From positions 18,042,001 through 18,106,000 of the forward strand of contig OX597819.1 in NCBI GenBank assembly GCA_951406725.2: DNA of 64,000 bases, written 5' to 3'. This document shows positions 26,268-40,346 of this stretch, one piece after another. Under the pieces are notes generated by a model. The model had not been told where the DNA came from and did not search any database. It saw only the letters and a list, made by a program, of their open reading frames with translations. Source of the DNA: Octopus vulgaris (taxonomy: Eukaryota). The position numbers and the translations under genes were made by a program. How positions within the stretch are numbered: position 1 is the first letter of the stretch; each line of letters begins with the position of its first letter.

Positions 26268-28733
26268 TTCTTTCTAGTTTCAGGTCAGAGCTGCGGCCAT
26301 GCTGATGCACTGCCGTTTTACACTGTTATTACGACGAACCTCGTCTAATATGTGGCACTTGGTGAAGAATGGAGTTTGATATAGCTACTCTCATTTGCAC
26401 CTCATGCCGTGAGGTAGGTTCATCTGGGACTCTTGACAGAAAGATGTCCAGCTTTGATTTAAAAACCGCTACATCTACTTTGTGCAAGTTCCTCAGACTC
26501 TTTGGGATAATATTAAAAAGCTGTGGGCCCTTGAAACCCAGGCTGTTGCAGAAGCTGGTCCTGAAGCGTGATGGCATTGCTGGGATCTTTGGCACTATGC
26601 AGTGTCGTCCCGTTCTAGCATTGGTGTAGCTTACAATGCCAAAATTTGGCACAATTCCTTCCAGGATCTTCCAGACATATATTACTGTATACCTCTCCCG
26701 TCTTCTCTCCAGGGAGTAGAGCCTTAGCTGTTTCAACCTTTCCCAGTAGCTGAGCTGTTGCAAAGAGATGATCTTCTTTGTGAATCTTCTCTGGATTGCT
26801 TCAAGGTCCGCTGTTAATTTTACACTGGTGGGTGACCATAGCTGTGAGCAGTAATCCAGGCGACTGAGGACGAATGTCCGCCAGAGGACCATCATGGTTT
26901 CCTTATCTCTGGTTCTGAATGTTCTTAGGATCCACCCAGCCAGTCGTCTGCACTTTGTCGCCATCCTGGTAATGTGCACTTGGAAAGAGGTATCATCACT
27001 CATGTCGATACCCAGGTCCCTCACAGACTTAGGCTCTGGGATTGAAATTCCCTGTGGACCGGTGTATCCTGTAAGTTTAATATTCAGTTTTGGATGCTAG
27101 TAGCGCAGGGCCTGGAATTTTTCAGCATTAAACTGCATATTATTATCCTCAGCCCATCTGTAGTTTGAGTCCAACTCCTGCTGCAGGTGTGCAGCATCGC
27201 TGGGGTTCTGTTTTTTCTGCGAGACTTTCGTATCGTCTGCATAGGGGGCCAGAGTGGCTATCCGGGTATTTGAGGGCATTTCTGAGAGGGCCAATATAAA
27301 AAGCAGTGGTCCCAAGACAGTGCCCTGTGGAACACCGCTCACTATTTGTGTGTTCATTGAGGTGGCTCCATTAACCACTTCTGCCTGACTCCTATCTTTC
27401 AGGAAGTCATGCAACTACACTCCAAGTTTCCAGCTATGCCGAGGTCACGTAGTTTGTAGCATATCATACCATGATCCACCTTGTCAAAAGCTTTTGCAAA
27501 ATCAAGGTAGATTACGTCCACATTTGATTTGTTGAGTAACTGCCTCAACACCCAGTCATAATGCTGTAAGAGCTGGGTCAGGTAGCTCCTACCTGGTCGA
27601 AAACCATGCTGGGTATCACTCAGCAAGTTATTTTCCTCAAGGAATGCGATTAGTTTCTTTCTGACTATCCGTTCCATGACTTTGCTGATGTGTGAAGTCA
27701 GAGAGATAGGCCTATATTTTTTGGCATCTGCTCTACTTACCCCTTTATGTATTGGGCATATTATTCCCTCCTGCAGCTTGCTTGGCAGTTTGCCATTCGC
27801 AAGAAAGCTCTGGAAGAGAATCTTGAGGGGTTTTGACAGGGCATGCTTACACGCTTTGAGGAGGATGGCTGGAAAACCATCTGGACCAGCAGCTGAGTTT
27901 GTGTCCACTTCATCTATGGCTAGTAGGACATCTTTTTCGCTAATGTCAATACATTCTATTGTAACCGCCTCGCTGATTATAGGTGAGGCAGCAAAGAAGT
28001 CCACTGGTTCGTTCACTTGTCTGTGTTCCAACGGGGTGGTAAAGACACTTTTGAACTGGTCATTCAGCATCTCACTGATCATAGTTGGACTGTCTGTGAG
28101 GGAGCCATCCTTTTGGAGGAGGGGTCCTATCTTGTAGTGCACTGAGACTGTTTCTTTCGCGTAATGAAAGAAGGCCTTTGGGTTTGATTTAATGTTTTTT
28201 ATAACCTAGGCTTCTTTGTCTGCTTTCTCCTTCACCTAGGATTGTTGCAGCCTTTTTTCGATCTCCATCAGTGTTGTTTTTAGGCGGGACGTTTCGCTAC
28301 TTTTGGGATGTTGGTTGAGACGATTTGCAACCTTCGTCCGTCGTCTCATGAGGATCTTCCCGTCTGTTGGAATCTTGACCCTTTGTGTTTGGCCTTGTGC
28401 TCTGGGACATATTTCTGGCATACGGCTTGCACAGAAGACATGAAACATTCTAGTTTCATGTCAATGTCTGGTGTGGAGAGACATTCCGGCCAGTCCTCTC
28501 TGAGGATGTCTTTTTGGATCGATTTCCAATCTGCTTTGTGGAAGTTCAGATTGGAGAGATTTCGGGTGCTTCCTTTAGGCTGTATGTCTCGGGTTACTTT
28601 CGGCCCAAACATAGATAGCTCTATTATGTTGTGATCCGAAACTGATGTCGGTGTCACTTTCACATCATGAATGATGTCCATATTGTTCGTGAAGCAGAAA
28701 TCCAGAATGTTATTCGCCCTAGTTGGCTTGAGT
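26268..28733 (-). mobile_element. CR1-group LINE ORF2, 5'-truncated, with few disablements
   Basis: Endonuclease C-terminus (PTRANNILDFCF...SDHNII); RT motifs YRPISLTSHISKVMERI, QHGFRPGRS, YLDFAKAFDKVDH, GVPQGTVLGPLLF, YADD, RDLGI; CR1-type C-terminus SRLDYCSQLWSP...YWERLKQLRLYSLERRRER. Split into ORFs 28346-28681, 27399-28142, 27097-27414 and 26329-27024; (TA)n on both flanks. Confidence 0.93.
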
Positions 28734-28764
28734 ATGCATATATATATATATATATATATATGTA

Positions 28765-29160
28765 TTTCTTTTATTCTTTTACTTGTTTCGGTCCTGCGGC
28801 CATGCAGGAGCGCCGCTTTTAGTCGAGGATATGGACACCACGACCTATTCTTTGTAAGCCTAATACTTATTCTATTGATATCTTTTGTCGAACCGCTAGC
28901 TTACGGGGACATTAACACATCAACATCTGTTATCAAGCGAGGGTAGGGGAACAAACACGGACACAGAAACACAGAAACACACCTCCCAAATATATATGTA
29001 CGACGGGCTTCTTTCAGTTTCCATTTACCAAATCCACTCACAAGGCTTTGGTCGGCCCGAGGCTATAGTAGAAGACACTTGCCCAAGGTGCCATGCAGTA
29101 GGACTGAACCCGGAACCATGTGGTTGGTAAGCAAGCTTCTTACCACACAGCCACTCTTGC
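28765..29160 (-). mobile_element. SINE family B, full length
   Basis: Matches 7181-7599 throughout, including ccactcacaaggctttggtcggcccgaggctatagtagaagacacttgcccaaggtgcc. Confidence 0.9.
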
Positions 29161-30344
29161 GTCACACACACACACACACACACATACACACACATATATA
29201 TATATATTTACACACACACACATACACACACACACATATATAAACACACACACACACATATATATTAATATATACATATATATCTCACAAGCACATAAAC
29301 ACGCTCATGCAAACATCCCTAATCCAACAAATTGATGGTAGACTGTGTCACCAAACACTAATGTGTTTCGACTCTAATGTTATCCTGTATATATTCTTAC
29401 ATTTATACATCTAGGCAAAGCGTGTTTGGACGAAAATTTAGATTATATCTTTCGTACCGCGAATCAGCACTATATCATCGACATTTTCGTTACGTAATTA
29501 CACAAACCCTACTCAAGCACACACACACAACGTATGGACAGTACGATGACCGTCATTTCGACGCAGTCCCTCCTTTCACAGATTCCCTACACAAAGTAAA
29601 ACAAACTTTTTTCCAGTAATATCAAATCTACAACCAACATGTTCAAAGCTGCAAGCACTAAATATTCTAAAGCTACAAAGATACGGTTATGGAGGAAATC
29701 CGAGCTAATTTTTATGCCGCATCGCGCACTAAATTTTTAAATATTATCCATGCATACATATTATTTGTTTACTTTTCGAATTTTTTCTTTATCTATTTAT
29801 CGATGAGATGCAAAGAAATCCGTGCATATATTTTCGATGATTTTGTATTATTGCTTTATATATATATATTATTGTTTTATATATGTGGTTCATTTAAATG
29901 CAGTTGCACTAAAAATGGATGTAAATGCACCCAGATATCCATGTGCGACTATTCATTTCCTGTCAAAAAATGCAGTATTTATATATTCACGCTTAAAAAT
30001 GATGTCTGATAGAATTGAAATATAAAAACAACGAAAACGGCAACAGTAAAAGCTCACAAGTAGCAACAGCAACAGCAACAACAACAACAACAACAAGAAC
30101 AACAACAACAGCAACAACAACAGCAACAACAACAACAACAGCAATGATGACGACGACGACGACGGCGGCGGCGGCCGCAACTTTCTATGTGAGATTGACG
30201 AGTTCATCACGGATATGTGCTTAGGCATTAGTTTACGTAATAACCAAAAACAATAACAACTACAACAACAACAACAACAACAGGATTGAGATGTCGGAGA
30301 AGAAAAACGGAAAAACGAAACAAAAAAGAATTATGAGCCGATCA

Positions 30345-30376
<32 letters not shown>

Positions 30377-30659
30377 TATATACAGATTATAAATTCATAA
30401 AAATATATATGAAACTACGCGTCTATAATATACTTAGGTATAAAGACAATGTTATTTTATATACATACAAATATACATATATATATATATGCGCACGCAC
30501 TCACACACACACACACACACACATTTACACACATTCAGACAGACATATATGTATGTAAGTAGGGAAGGCCAAAGTGTATGGGTACGACTCTAACTCCAAG
30601 GCATAACCGATCAATTCGGATTGTCCAACCATTTGTTTGGCACTAGTTTGCAAATATGC

Positions 30660-30905
30660 ACGAATGTATGTATGTATGTATGTATGTATGTATGTATGTA
30701 TGTATGTATGTATGGATGTATGTATGTATGTATGCATGTATTATGCTTGTATGTATGTATGTTTGTATGTACATATATATGTATGTTTATATGTATGTAT
30801 GTATGTATGTATGTTTGTATGCTTGTGTTTGTATGTATGTATATATGCATGTATGTATGTGTCTCTGTATATATATACATATACATACATATCTATGTAT
30901 GTATC

Positions 30906-31001
<96 letters not shown>

Positions 31002-31039
31002 TGTATGTATGTATGTATGTATGTATATATGAATATATG

Positions 31040-31079
<40 letters not shown>

Positions 31080-31080
31080 C
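30660..31080. repeat. compound (TATG)n/(TA)n microsatellite
   Basis: Direct reading. Confidence 0.95.
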
Positions 31081-31244
31081 ATTCAATCCTCGAGTGGGGG
31101 TGCTAAATGCACCCTGTTCAAAACTATGTGAACACAGATCGTGTCATACAGCCAACTGGAGATGATGTCTCCTGGGGTTAAATTACAGCAACATACGTCC
31201 TAAACCAGGAATGTCATGAAGATGAACTGATTAACCGGCTCTTG

Positions 31245-31830
31245 GACGGTTACAACGAAGTGGCTGAGCATTCCACAGACTCGCGGACCCTTAGGTATAA
31301 AGACAATGTTATTTTATATACATACAAATATATATATATATATGCGCACGCACACACACACACACACACACACATTTACACACATTTACACACATTCACA
31401 GACAGACACCAGGACTTATTCTTTGTAAGCCTAATACTTATTCTATTGATATATTTTGCCGAATCGCTAGCTTACGGGGACATTAACACACCAACATACC
31501 AAAAGTATCAAAACGTCCCGCCTAAAAACAACACTGATGGAGATCGCAGGACTGAAACAAGGAAAAGAATAAAAGAAATACATATATATACATATATGAC
31601 GGCCATCGTACTGTCCATACGTTGTGTGTATGCTTGAGTAGGGTTTGTGTAAAAGGTTCAACCTGACGCAGAAATGACAAGGCTGGCCCCTAGAATTTGA
31701 GAAATAATTCGTTTGCCAGCTGAATGAACTGGAGAAATGCGATATAAAATTTTCTTCCTAAAATGACTCAAAATGTCTCCATGAATTGAAGTTACGATCG
31801 GGAGTGGAAAGCTCCAAGCCATGCGCCTTG
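31245..31830 (-). mobile_element. SINE interrupted by a ~360-bp templated patchwork insertion (31290-31652)
   Basis: Minus-strand head aaggcgcatggc (~31828) and core ccagttcattcagctg...ggggccagccttgtca...tgaacct; after the insert the element resumes as aagggtccgcgagtctgtggaatgctcagccactt, colinear with the family C tail. Confidence 0.7.
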
Positions 31831-32041
31831 ACCCTTACATTCAGTTTTTAGTTAGTTGTATGAAATTTATGATTTCTTTACTGCCTCAGTTCCAACCTAT
31901 ACATTTTCGTTCTTTTCACGTGTTCCAGTCATAGAACTGCGCTCATTTCGGCTCACTGCTTTCACAAGTTTGGTGGAAAAAATTGGCCCCAGTATGTTTT
32001 CATCTGTCTGGTATTTATTCTCTCGGTCTCATTTGCCGGAA

Positions 32042-32079
<38 letters not shown>

Positions 32080-33295
32080 CTGGATATTTGTGTATAACCC
32101 TACATATCATGGAATTTATATTCACATATACAACCATACCTACATATGTACACGTATACATGCACACATACATACATGTATGCATACATACATACATGCA
32201 TACACACATACACACACATATATATATATATATACATACACACAGAAAAACTTAGCCTTCATTGTCAAACATCGCGATAAGAAGTCGGGGTAGATATCGA
32301 AGTCCATCATGCGATCCATTCCGCTACATCTGGTGGATAATCGAACAAAATGCCGACGAAAAACGATGCAACTCTGCTTTGGATTAAGCAGTGACATCAT
32401 CATGATTGATGATAAAATGAATTTTGACTCTGTTGCTACGTTTCTCCAATCTCATTTGGGCCCATTAGGCACTTTTCTTCATGTCTTAGGGCACGCGCAT
32501 TATCTCTGACAAAGTAGCTTTCCTTGATCGCAAGTCAATTTAGCCGCATTTAAATCGGTTTCAATTCTTTTTCTTGGTACTTGCTCTAACTGTCTGACTA
32601 GATCTCACCATGTTCTAGTTTCCACTAGCTTCCTTACTAAATATTATCCATTCTGCTCTATAAAATGACACAAATACCTATTATATTGTAGATGCCACAC
32701 ATTATATAACATCTTATGTAACATGAAAAACTATCTAACTGCAACGAAATTACCTCCACCCCTACAAATTACACAGCTAATATTTCATGCATTCAAAACT
32801 CCACGACAAAAGCTGTAACATGAAAAATACGCCAAACCAAGGCAGTAATCAGTCACGTCAACAAATCACCTCAACAAAAATAACGGGAATTCGAATGGAA
32901 TCAGTAAAGTTAATTAGAATAAGTTATAGTTATTCCTGTCAGTAACTGACTATCGGTTAGAAAACAACCTCTTAATGAACAACATAGAATAAGGGATGCT
33001 TTAAGCAATGCACAAATGTAAATTGATCATAAAATTATAGAAACTTCCAGTGATGAAAATCAGTTAAACGGTTTCCTATAGTTTTGCATAATGAAGTCAA
33101 CAGAAAATCCATCGCAACAATAAATTTCCTTTTAGAATATGCCATTAATATACAATAGAAGATTGCAACAGTAAATTGCAATATATATTATTTATTTTAA
33201 ATAGTAAAGCAGCTAAGACAATCCAGGGGACACCAGATAACTTACCGTAGAAAATAAAGTAGGGAATGCTTTTTCTCAGATATGTAGGTTTAATA

Positions 33296-33690
33296 TCTTT
33301 ATATATAAAATTGAAGTTGTGTGTCTGTCTCCTACGATTTAGATTCCTAACTACTCCCACATTTTGCGGTGCAGTGTAATCAAAAGCGGGTATCTTATAG
33401 TCGTGATTCATATCGAGCCCTTCTGGGTATTAGCGCGCGTCTACGATGAGTCTACCATTAAAAAAAAAATTACCATAATTTTTTTCCCATTTTTAATACA
33501 TTTTTTTGCTATTATATAAGGGAAGTAACTCTCTAAAAATGTATTATTAAATCTCAGAACGTAAAAAGCTACAGTAACACCCCCCTTTATGGTAAGCCAT
33601 ATTGAGATGGCTATTATACTTTACATCTCTAAAAATGCTTATATAGTTATTTCTCTTACAAACCCGAGCAACGCCGGGCGATACTGCTAG
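33296..33690 (+). mobile_element. non-autonomous Helitron
   Basis: Starts TC(TTTATATATAAAA) after an A and ends with a GC-rich hairpin CCCGAGCAACGCCGGG plus CTAG before a T; A|T target, no TSD. Confidence 0.85.
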
Positions 33691-33824
33691 TAAATAATAA
33701 TCAAACAGAATTGCGAAGACTTATATTGTAAAAACGTTAAAAGAATCCATTTGCGGCAGAGGAAATTGGTCGTGAAACAACCTCATCAACTCAAAGAACA
33801 AAGCTTAATATTAATGCAAAAGTG

Positions 33825-33960
33825 AAGGTGGTGAGCTAGCAGAGAGGCCAGCACACCGGGCAAAATGCTTAGCAACATTTCGTCTGTCTTCATGTTATGA
33901 GTTCAAACTCCACTGATGTTCACTTTGCCTTTCATTCTTTCGGAGTCGATGCAACAAGTT
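33825..33960 (+). mobile_element. SINE family A, 5' part
   Basis: aaggtggtgagctagcagaga...cacaccgggcaaaatgcttagc...gagttcaaactcc...ctttgcctttcattctttcggagtcgat. Confidence 0.72.
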
Positions 33961-35284
33961 AGCAAAGACAAAATCGATCCAGGTCGCCTTTGTCTTAAAC
34001 CTATTCCAACTGTTTGACAGTTTCTGTGGACTGACCGAGTGATTTCACTAATTACTCCTTATATTCACACTTACTTACCTTCCACTATCTTTATTTAGCT
34101 TCAGGAGAATCCATATTTCGGAAAGGGTTTGCTGAAAGCAGTTGAAGATGAAAGGGAAATTTTAAAATTTGAATCTTCCTGTAATTTATGTCAGGAAGAA
34201 ACAGTAACAAACATAATATTCTGGTCACCGAGGAACCTTATGAGCAAAGCTGTCCCAAGTATGGACGTCTTTATTATATCATAAATAAGTTTCTTAGATT
34301 ACATTGCCTCATTACTAAATAGCTTGAAAATTTTAAAAGGCACTGGCGTTGATCTCAAGCAAAATTAGCTGCTATTTCTAACCAATCCAGCATAAAGGTA
34401 ATGTTTCCATTGTCTGCTCATAACCTCAAGAGGTATGGAAACTTGTAGATTTAACTTATAAAATGTGTAAATAGCAAACGGCCAAATACTTTAACCAAAC
34501 TCTTTACAAAAGCCAACCACTCAAACGTGCTCTCACCTCTTCTTTCTCTCCTTCACTCTAATACTCTTCCTCACGGCCAGTCGCTACTCCAAGCACACAC
34601 ACTCATCTCTCTAATCCTAACCTATTTTATTGTAAACGCATCTCAGCCATGGTGAAATATTTCCAATGTTACATCGTATAAAATCCAACTAATTACCGAA
34701 GCCACCAATCCACCACTCCAGTCTCTCTAAAACCTGTTACCATCTGTGTGAATTTCTGAGACCTTCAAAAGGAATTTCTAGACTGCATGTGCTTTCAAAC
34801 TGCCAGCAGATAAATTTCACTTCTATAATAGAAATAAAAGCGGATGTCAGATACATCTTTCATTTAAATTCATCTATTGAGTGGGCTGTCACTTCTTAGA
34901 TATCACACACACACACACACGCACACACCTATGCGTACACAACACATATTCTGCACGTATACACAAGTAGAGAATGACTCACGTATATAAATATTAACAT
35001 AGACAGAATGCTATATCAGCGCAGAAACGCGGTTGTTCGGCAAATTACGCGTGCAACGAGAATAACATACGCAAACGTAAAATATTAATAATTCCCTCAA
35101 AATTTATCATTTCATGATTGCATGTGCGTACGTATACATACATATATACATATGCATACATACAGACATATATAAATACACAAATACATACATACAAAGA
35201 TACACACGCGCATGTACACACAAACAACATATGATATAATATAACACATAAATATCTAAGCTTGTGTTTAGGTACATACGTAAG

Positions 35285-35318
35285 TATGCAAATATATATA
35301 TATATCTATATATGTATG

Positions 35319-35376
<58 letters not shown>

Positions 35377-35387
35377 TCTGTATATTT

Positions 35388-35444
<57 letters not shown>

Positions 35445-35464
35445 CATATATCTGTATATTTATA

Positions 35465-35519
<55 letters not shown>

Positions 35520-35535
35520 TTATATCTATATATAT
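35285..35535. repeat. (TA)n-rich microsatellite
   Basis: Direct reading. Confidence 0.95.
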
Positions 35536-35949
35536 TTGTGGTTTAAGTAGAATGCGCAATATAAAAACGGTTCACACATGTGCAATAATATTTAACAAAC
35601 ACGTTGAAAGAGTAACATGTAAAAGGAAAGAGAAGACGCCGGAACTTTTCCAACGTTAGTCGATCAATTACAAGAAGGTGAGAAGGAAGTTCGTAATCAG
35701 AAATGGAAATAATGAGTGGGCGAAAAACGAAAAAGTCCAAAAAGTAAAAATGTGGCAGGAGTGTCATACTATGTTGGATATAAAGTGGGGAAGCTGCAAA
35801 GATAAACAGAACTGGTTTTTCTGATAAGTTTTCCAGTTTAATCGATATTTATAAGTTTAGAATAGGTGATTCCAACAGGGGCTTAAAATCGACCTTCAAA
35901 CTGACCATAGGATTGCACCAAGAAAATTCCCCTCCAAGGCAACATTACA

Positions 35950-36215
35950 GGCAAAGTTATTTATGAAAGACCAGTAGTAGCCCATGCATGCCCACCAACT
36001 CTCCGCACGCCACTGATGTTGTGCAGGGGACAAAGCAAAAACCGATGCTGCTTGGCACCAGTGACGTCACAACTCATTTCTACAGCGGAGTGAACTGGAG
36101 CAATGTGAAATAAAGGGTCTTGCTCAAGAATACAACACAGCCCGGTCCGGGCTTCGGACTCACTACCTCCTGATTCTGTGCCCGATACTCCAACCACTGA
36201 ACCATGCGCCTTCAC
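35950..36215 (-). mobile_element. tRNA-head SINE (family D)
   Basis: Minus strand GTGAAGGCGCATGGTTCAGTGGTTGGAG (A box)...CCCGGACCGGGCTGTGTTGTATTCTTGAGCAAGAC...TTGCTCCAGTTCACTCCGCTGTAGAAATGAGT. Confidence 0.75.
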
Positions 36216-36266
36216 ATAGAATTTGTTATTCACAGTTGAAATAGGAAGGGCTTAATAAACACACAG

Positions 36267-39032
36267 TGTTGTGGTGGGAGTTACGACACCCCCTTGCGAG
36301 AGATAGACTCGTCCCAGTAAAGTATAAATAGTAACGATCTGAATGAGTTAGGGGTTCAGAGTTCGGAGTCGAGTGAAGTTCGTGTTAGCTCGCAGTGAAG
36401 TCGGAATATGTCGGTTGGTTAGTTCACAAGGAATATTGATCGTTGGTCCGTAAAGAGGTTTGTTAGTTGGTTACATTGTTTTTACTGTTGTCTGGTAATC
36501 TTCTTTATTGTACGTAACAAGTTACGTTACAACATCTGGCGGCGAGAGGGTTTCGAAGCTCACGTAGGTTATTTAACAAATTGTTTGCGATACACCTTGT
36601 TAAATACTGGAAGACCTGTTAGCGTCCATAGTACAGTTGCAAAATCAACAACAAGAGTAGCAACAGGAGTTGCAGAAACAACTATTGCAGCAACAACTAC
36701 AACAACATCAACAATTATTGGAGCTATATTCTAAGAAGTCCAGAAACGAGTTAAGTTCGTTTTCGCCAGATGGCGTATCGAACTTGGTTAATGAATTCAG
36801 TTATATCCCAGAGGTGGGTAAAACTTTTGCATCGTATTACAGAAGATACGATGAGATTTTTAAGCAAGATTACAAATCATGATCGGACGAACAAAAAGTG
36901 AGATTGTTAATGCTAAAATTAGCTCCGTTAAAGCATAAACGTTCATTACCCCCCACCCAAGTGAAGAAATTTGTTTTAAAGAAATAATAAAATTACTGTC
37001 TAACATACTCGGTGATAAAACCTCTATTTCACACTCGAATGGAGTGTTGGAATATAACGAAAAAAAAAAAAAAAGAATGATGATTTCATTCCATACCCAG
37101 GAACAGTCAACAGGATGTGTGAAAGTTTTAAACTAAAAAACTTAAACCTGCGATGTTCGAGTGATTTAATTTCGTACAAGGCCTTACAGAAAGCAAAAAT
37201 ACAGAAATTTTGGCAAGAAAGAGTTCTTTCTAAATTGGAATGAGCGTTCTCAGATCTAACCTTACACTCCATGGCAGAAGAATGCCAAAGGATGGTAAAC
37301 ATGAAAAATGATGTAGAAAGAATTCAAGAAAATGATTCATCAAAAACACATTAGGAGCTCATGTCCTAATACATGTTATAGATATAGGAGCATACATTTC
37401 AGAAAAGATCAAAAACCTTACAGTTGCAAAAGAATTGGTCACAAGAGTTCACACTGCAGAACAAGTTTTCGGAGGTCAAACGTTAAAAATACTAGAGCAC
37501 TCTCAGCAAAAACAAAATTCTACTCACAAATAAGAAAATTCCTACACGTAAAAATAAATGGAATACATATTAAATTTCAACTGGATACTGGAGGTGGTAT
37601 TTCAATTATAAATATGGACGCATGGAAGAAAATAGTGAAACATATGTTGAGAAAAGCACCGAAATCTGCACGTAGCATGACAGGCAACAAATTACATTTC
37701 ATAGGCAAAATGTGGACTAATGTAAAGCGAAAATCTTCTTTGTTAAAAATGCAACCGATTTCTTTGGTACGGATTGGTTAGAATTATTCGATGTATGGAA
37801 CCTCCCCATAAATCTCTGTTGTAAAAACTTAAATAATTGCTCCTCTAAAAATAATTCGCCTAAAGAGTTAAATGGAAAATTAAAAATGTGTTTCCCCAGT
37901 ACTCTCGGACAAACTATGTCTATGCACAATGGCTAAGAGCCCATGGTCCCAAGATACATATCGACTACGCTGGACCAGTGAACGGCGCATACTATCTAAC
38001 GGTTGTGGATAGCTATACAAAGAGGCCAGAGGTATGCAGATGTAATAAACACACAGCAAAGACAACAGCAAAGTCCCTACTTGAAGCTTTTGCTCGATGC
38101 GGTTTTCCAGACATGTTAGTTTGAGATAATGAAACACAATTCACGGGATATGAATTAAGAAATGTCTGCAAACTACATGCCATAAAGCACTTCTTTACAC
38201 CTGCCTACCCTCCGAGGTCAAACGGGTAGGCGGAAACATTTGTCGATACATTCAAAAGAGCTCTAAAAAAAGCTAGAAATGAGCTTGATAATGACGAGGC
38301 ACCAACGAAATTTTTGCGAGTTTATACAATAACGCCAAAACGAAATACCAATTCAAGAAATTCCCCAGCAGAGTTAAGGTTCGCGCGTAAAATTAAATTG
38401 ATCTTCGATAAATTATTTCCAAGTAAAAATACATATAAAAGATTTACAAAAAATATTACAAAGCTATTCGAAGTAGGAGATAAAGTTTATTTTAAAAATT
38501 ACAAAAGTGGTTGGGAGGATGGCTGTGTAATGAAAATATGAGATAACCTGATGTGTGTAATTACAGGACAGCGTTCGAAACATAAGAGACACCTAAACCA
38601 GTTAAAGATAGGACATCCAGAAAAATGAAGGGTAATGGCAATGAAAGATTTCTATGTTGTGTTTGAAGATACAACAGATGAAAAAAAAAAGACGGAGAAG
38701 TGCTGGAAAGAACAAAAATATAAGAAATTCCAATTTATCAGATTAGTCAATATCTCAAAAGGGTAGGCTTTGTGATGGGGTACGACGCTCCCTTGCGAGA
38801 GATAGACTGGTCCGAGTAAAGTATATACAGCTACGATCCGAGTGTGTTAAAAATTCCCAGTTCGGGGATGAGAGAAGTTTGTGTTAATTCGCAGTAAAGT
38901 TGGAAGGTGACTGTTGGTTTGTTCACAAGGAATATTGTTTGTTGTTTCATAAAGAGGTTTTTTAGTTCATTACAATGTTTTACTGTTGTCTGGTTATCTT
39001 AATTATAGTACGAAACAAATTATGATATAGCA
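36267..39032 (+). mobile_element. Gypsy/Ty3 LTR retrotransposon, internally deleted (no RT/RNase H seen), degenerate
   Basis: LTRs 36267-36534 (TG...CA) and ~38768-39032; PBS-like TGGCGGCGAG at 36537; purine tract aaaagggtagg before the 3' LTR. Gag FSPDGVSNLVNEFSYIPE...YYRRYDEIF, CCHC remnants, protease FQLDTGG, integrase IHIDYAGPV...VVDSYTKRPEV...PRSNG. Confidence 0.9.
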
Positions 39033-39179
39033 CATACAAACACCAACACACATACATATACCCATACATAGACACATATACATAGAGAGACATACGCACA
39101 CATACACACGTACACACGCATATATTTGGGAAGCAAGCTTCTTATCAGACACTCACGCCATATATATATATATATATAA

Positions 39180-39680
39180 CTTTGATAGGTTTCGGCTAGT
39201 ATAGGCCCAGGCCATGTCAAACTTAATAGCAGCACCTAGTGAAGTATTTTAGTCATATATGGGGTACCATGGCCAACACTACTAACGAGTTATTTTTGTT
39301 GGAGACATATCCGAGTGTAGGAGCTTCGTCCGAGATTTTATGAAGAAATTTGTCCAGTGTACTTTTGAATTTTATGGGATCCGCTTCCGTTTTGATGTAT
39401 TTTGGTATGGTATTAAAGAGAGCTGGACCGGTTGAGGTAAAGCAGCTGTAATGTAATGTTATGTGTCCTGAGTTCGATTTTTTGTAATTGCCGGATAGCA
39501 CGGGGGCCAAGTGTTGGATGGATTTTAAAATTGATTCCAACATCACTTCTGAAATGTTGATGGAATATTTTCCATATCACACAAATGAGGTAGCGCTCCC
39601 GGTGGCGTTGGAAAGAGTAAAGATTAAGTTTTTTTTATTACACGCTTATAGACTGGGGGGTACATTATCTGTATAGACTT
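39180..39680 (-). mobile_element. CR1-group LINE 3' fragment (second lineage)
   Basis: LYSFQRHRERYLICVIWKI and FTSTGPALFNTIPKYIK...FKSTLDKFLHKISDEAPTLGY resemble the C-terminus of the 26.3-kb LINE. Confidence 0.75.
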
Positions 39681-40057
39681 TAAGGGCTAGGTAGCTATTC
39701 AGTTAGATCAGTTAGGTGTTACTTATAGGCTTAGTTATAAAATTATTACTTTTGCGATGTTTTCGTACGTAGGATAAATATGGTTTCTTTGCTGTAAGTT
39801 AATTAATAATGTTAGTGTTTAATCCTTTCTAGTATCAATATTGAATGTGGTGACATCTAAAGTAAGCTTGTTCCCAAACAACAATATATTTTTAGTGCTC
39901 CTTACACCACCGGATTGAATGGTATTGCTCAGGTGTAGAAACAATGGTGATACCCGTGGTGTAGCAGATGATGGATGTGTTATGGTGGTATTGCTGTACT
40001 TGTATGTGCAGAGTAGTTTTATAAGATATCGATTTGATATATATGTATGCATCTATA

Positions 40058-40316
<259 letters not shown>

Positions 40317-40346
40317 TTTTATATGTATATATGCATGTATATATAT

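Noticed and set aside
36262-39037. Target-site duplication for the 36-39 kb Gypsy element
   Set aside because: Flanks CACAG and CATAC match at only 3 of 5 positions, so no TSD is claimed.
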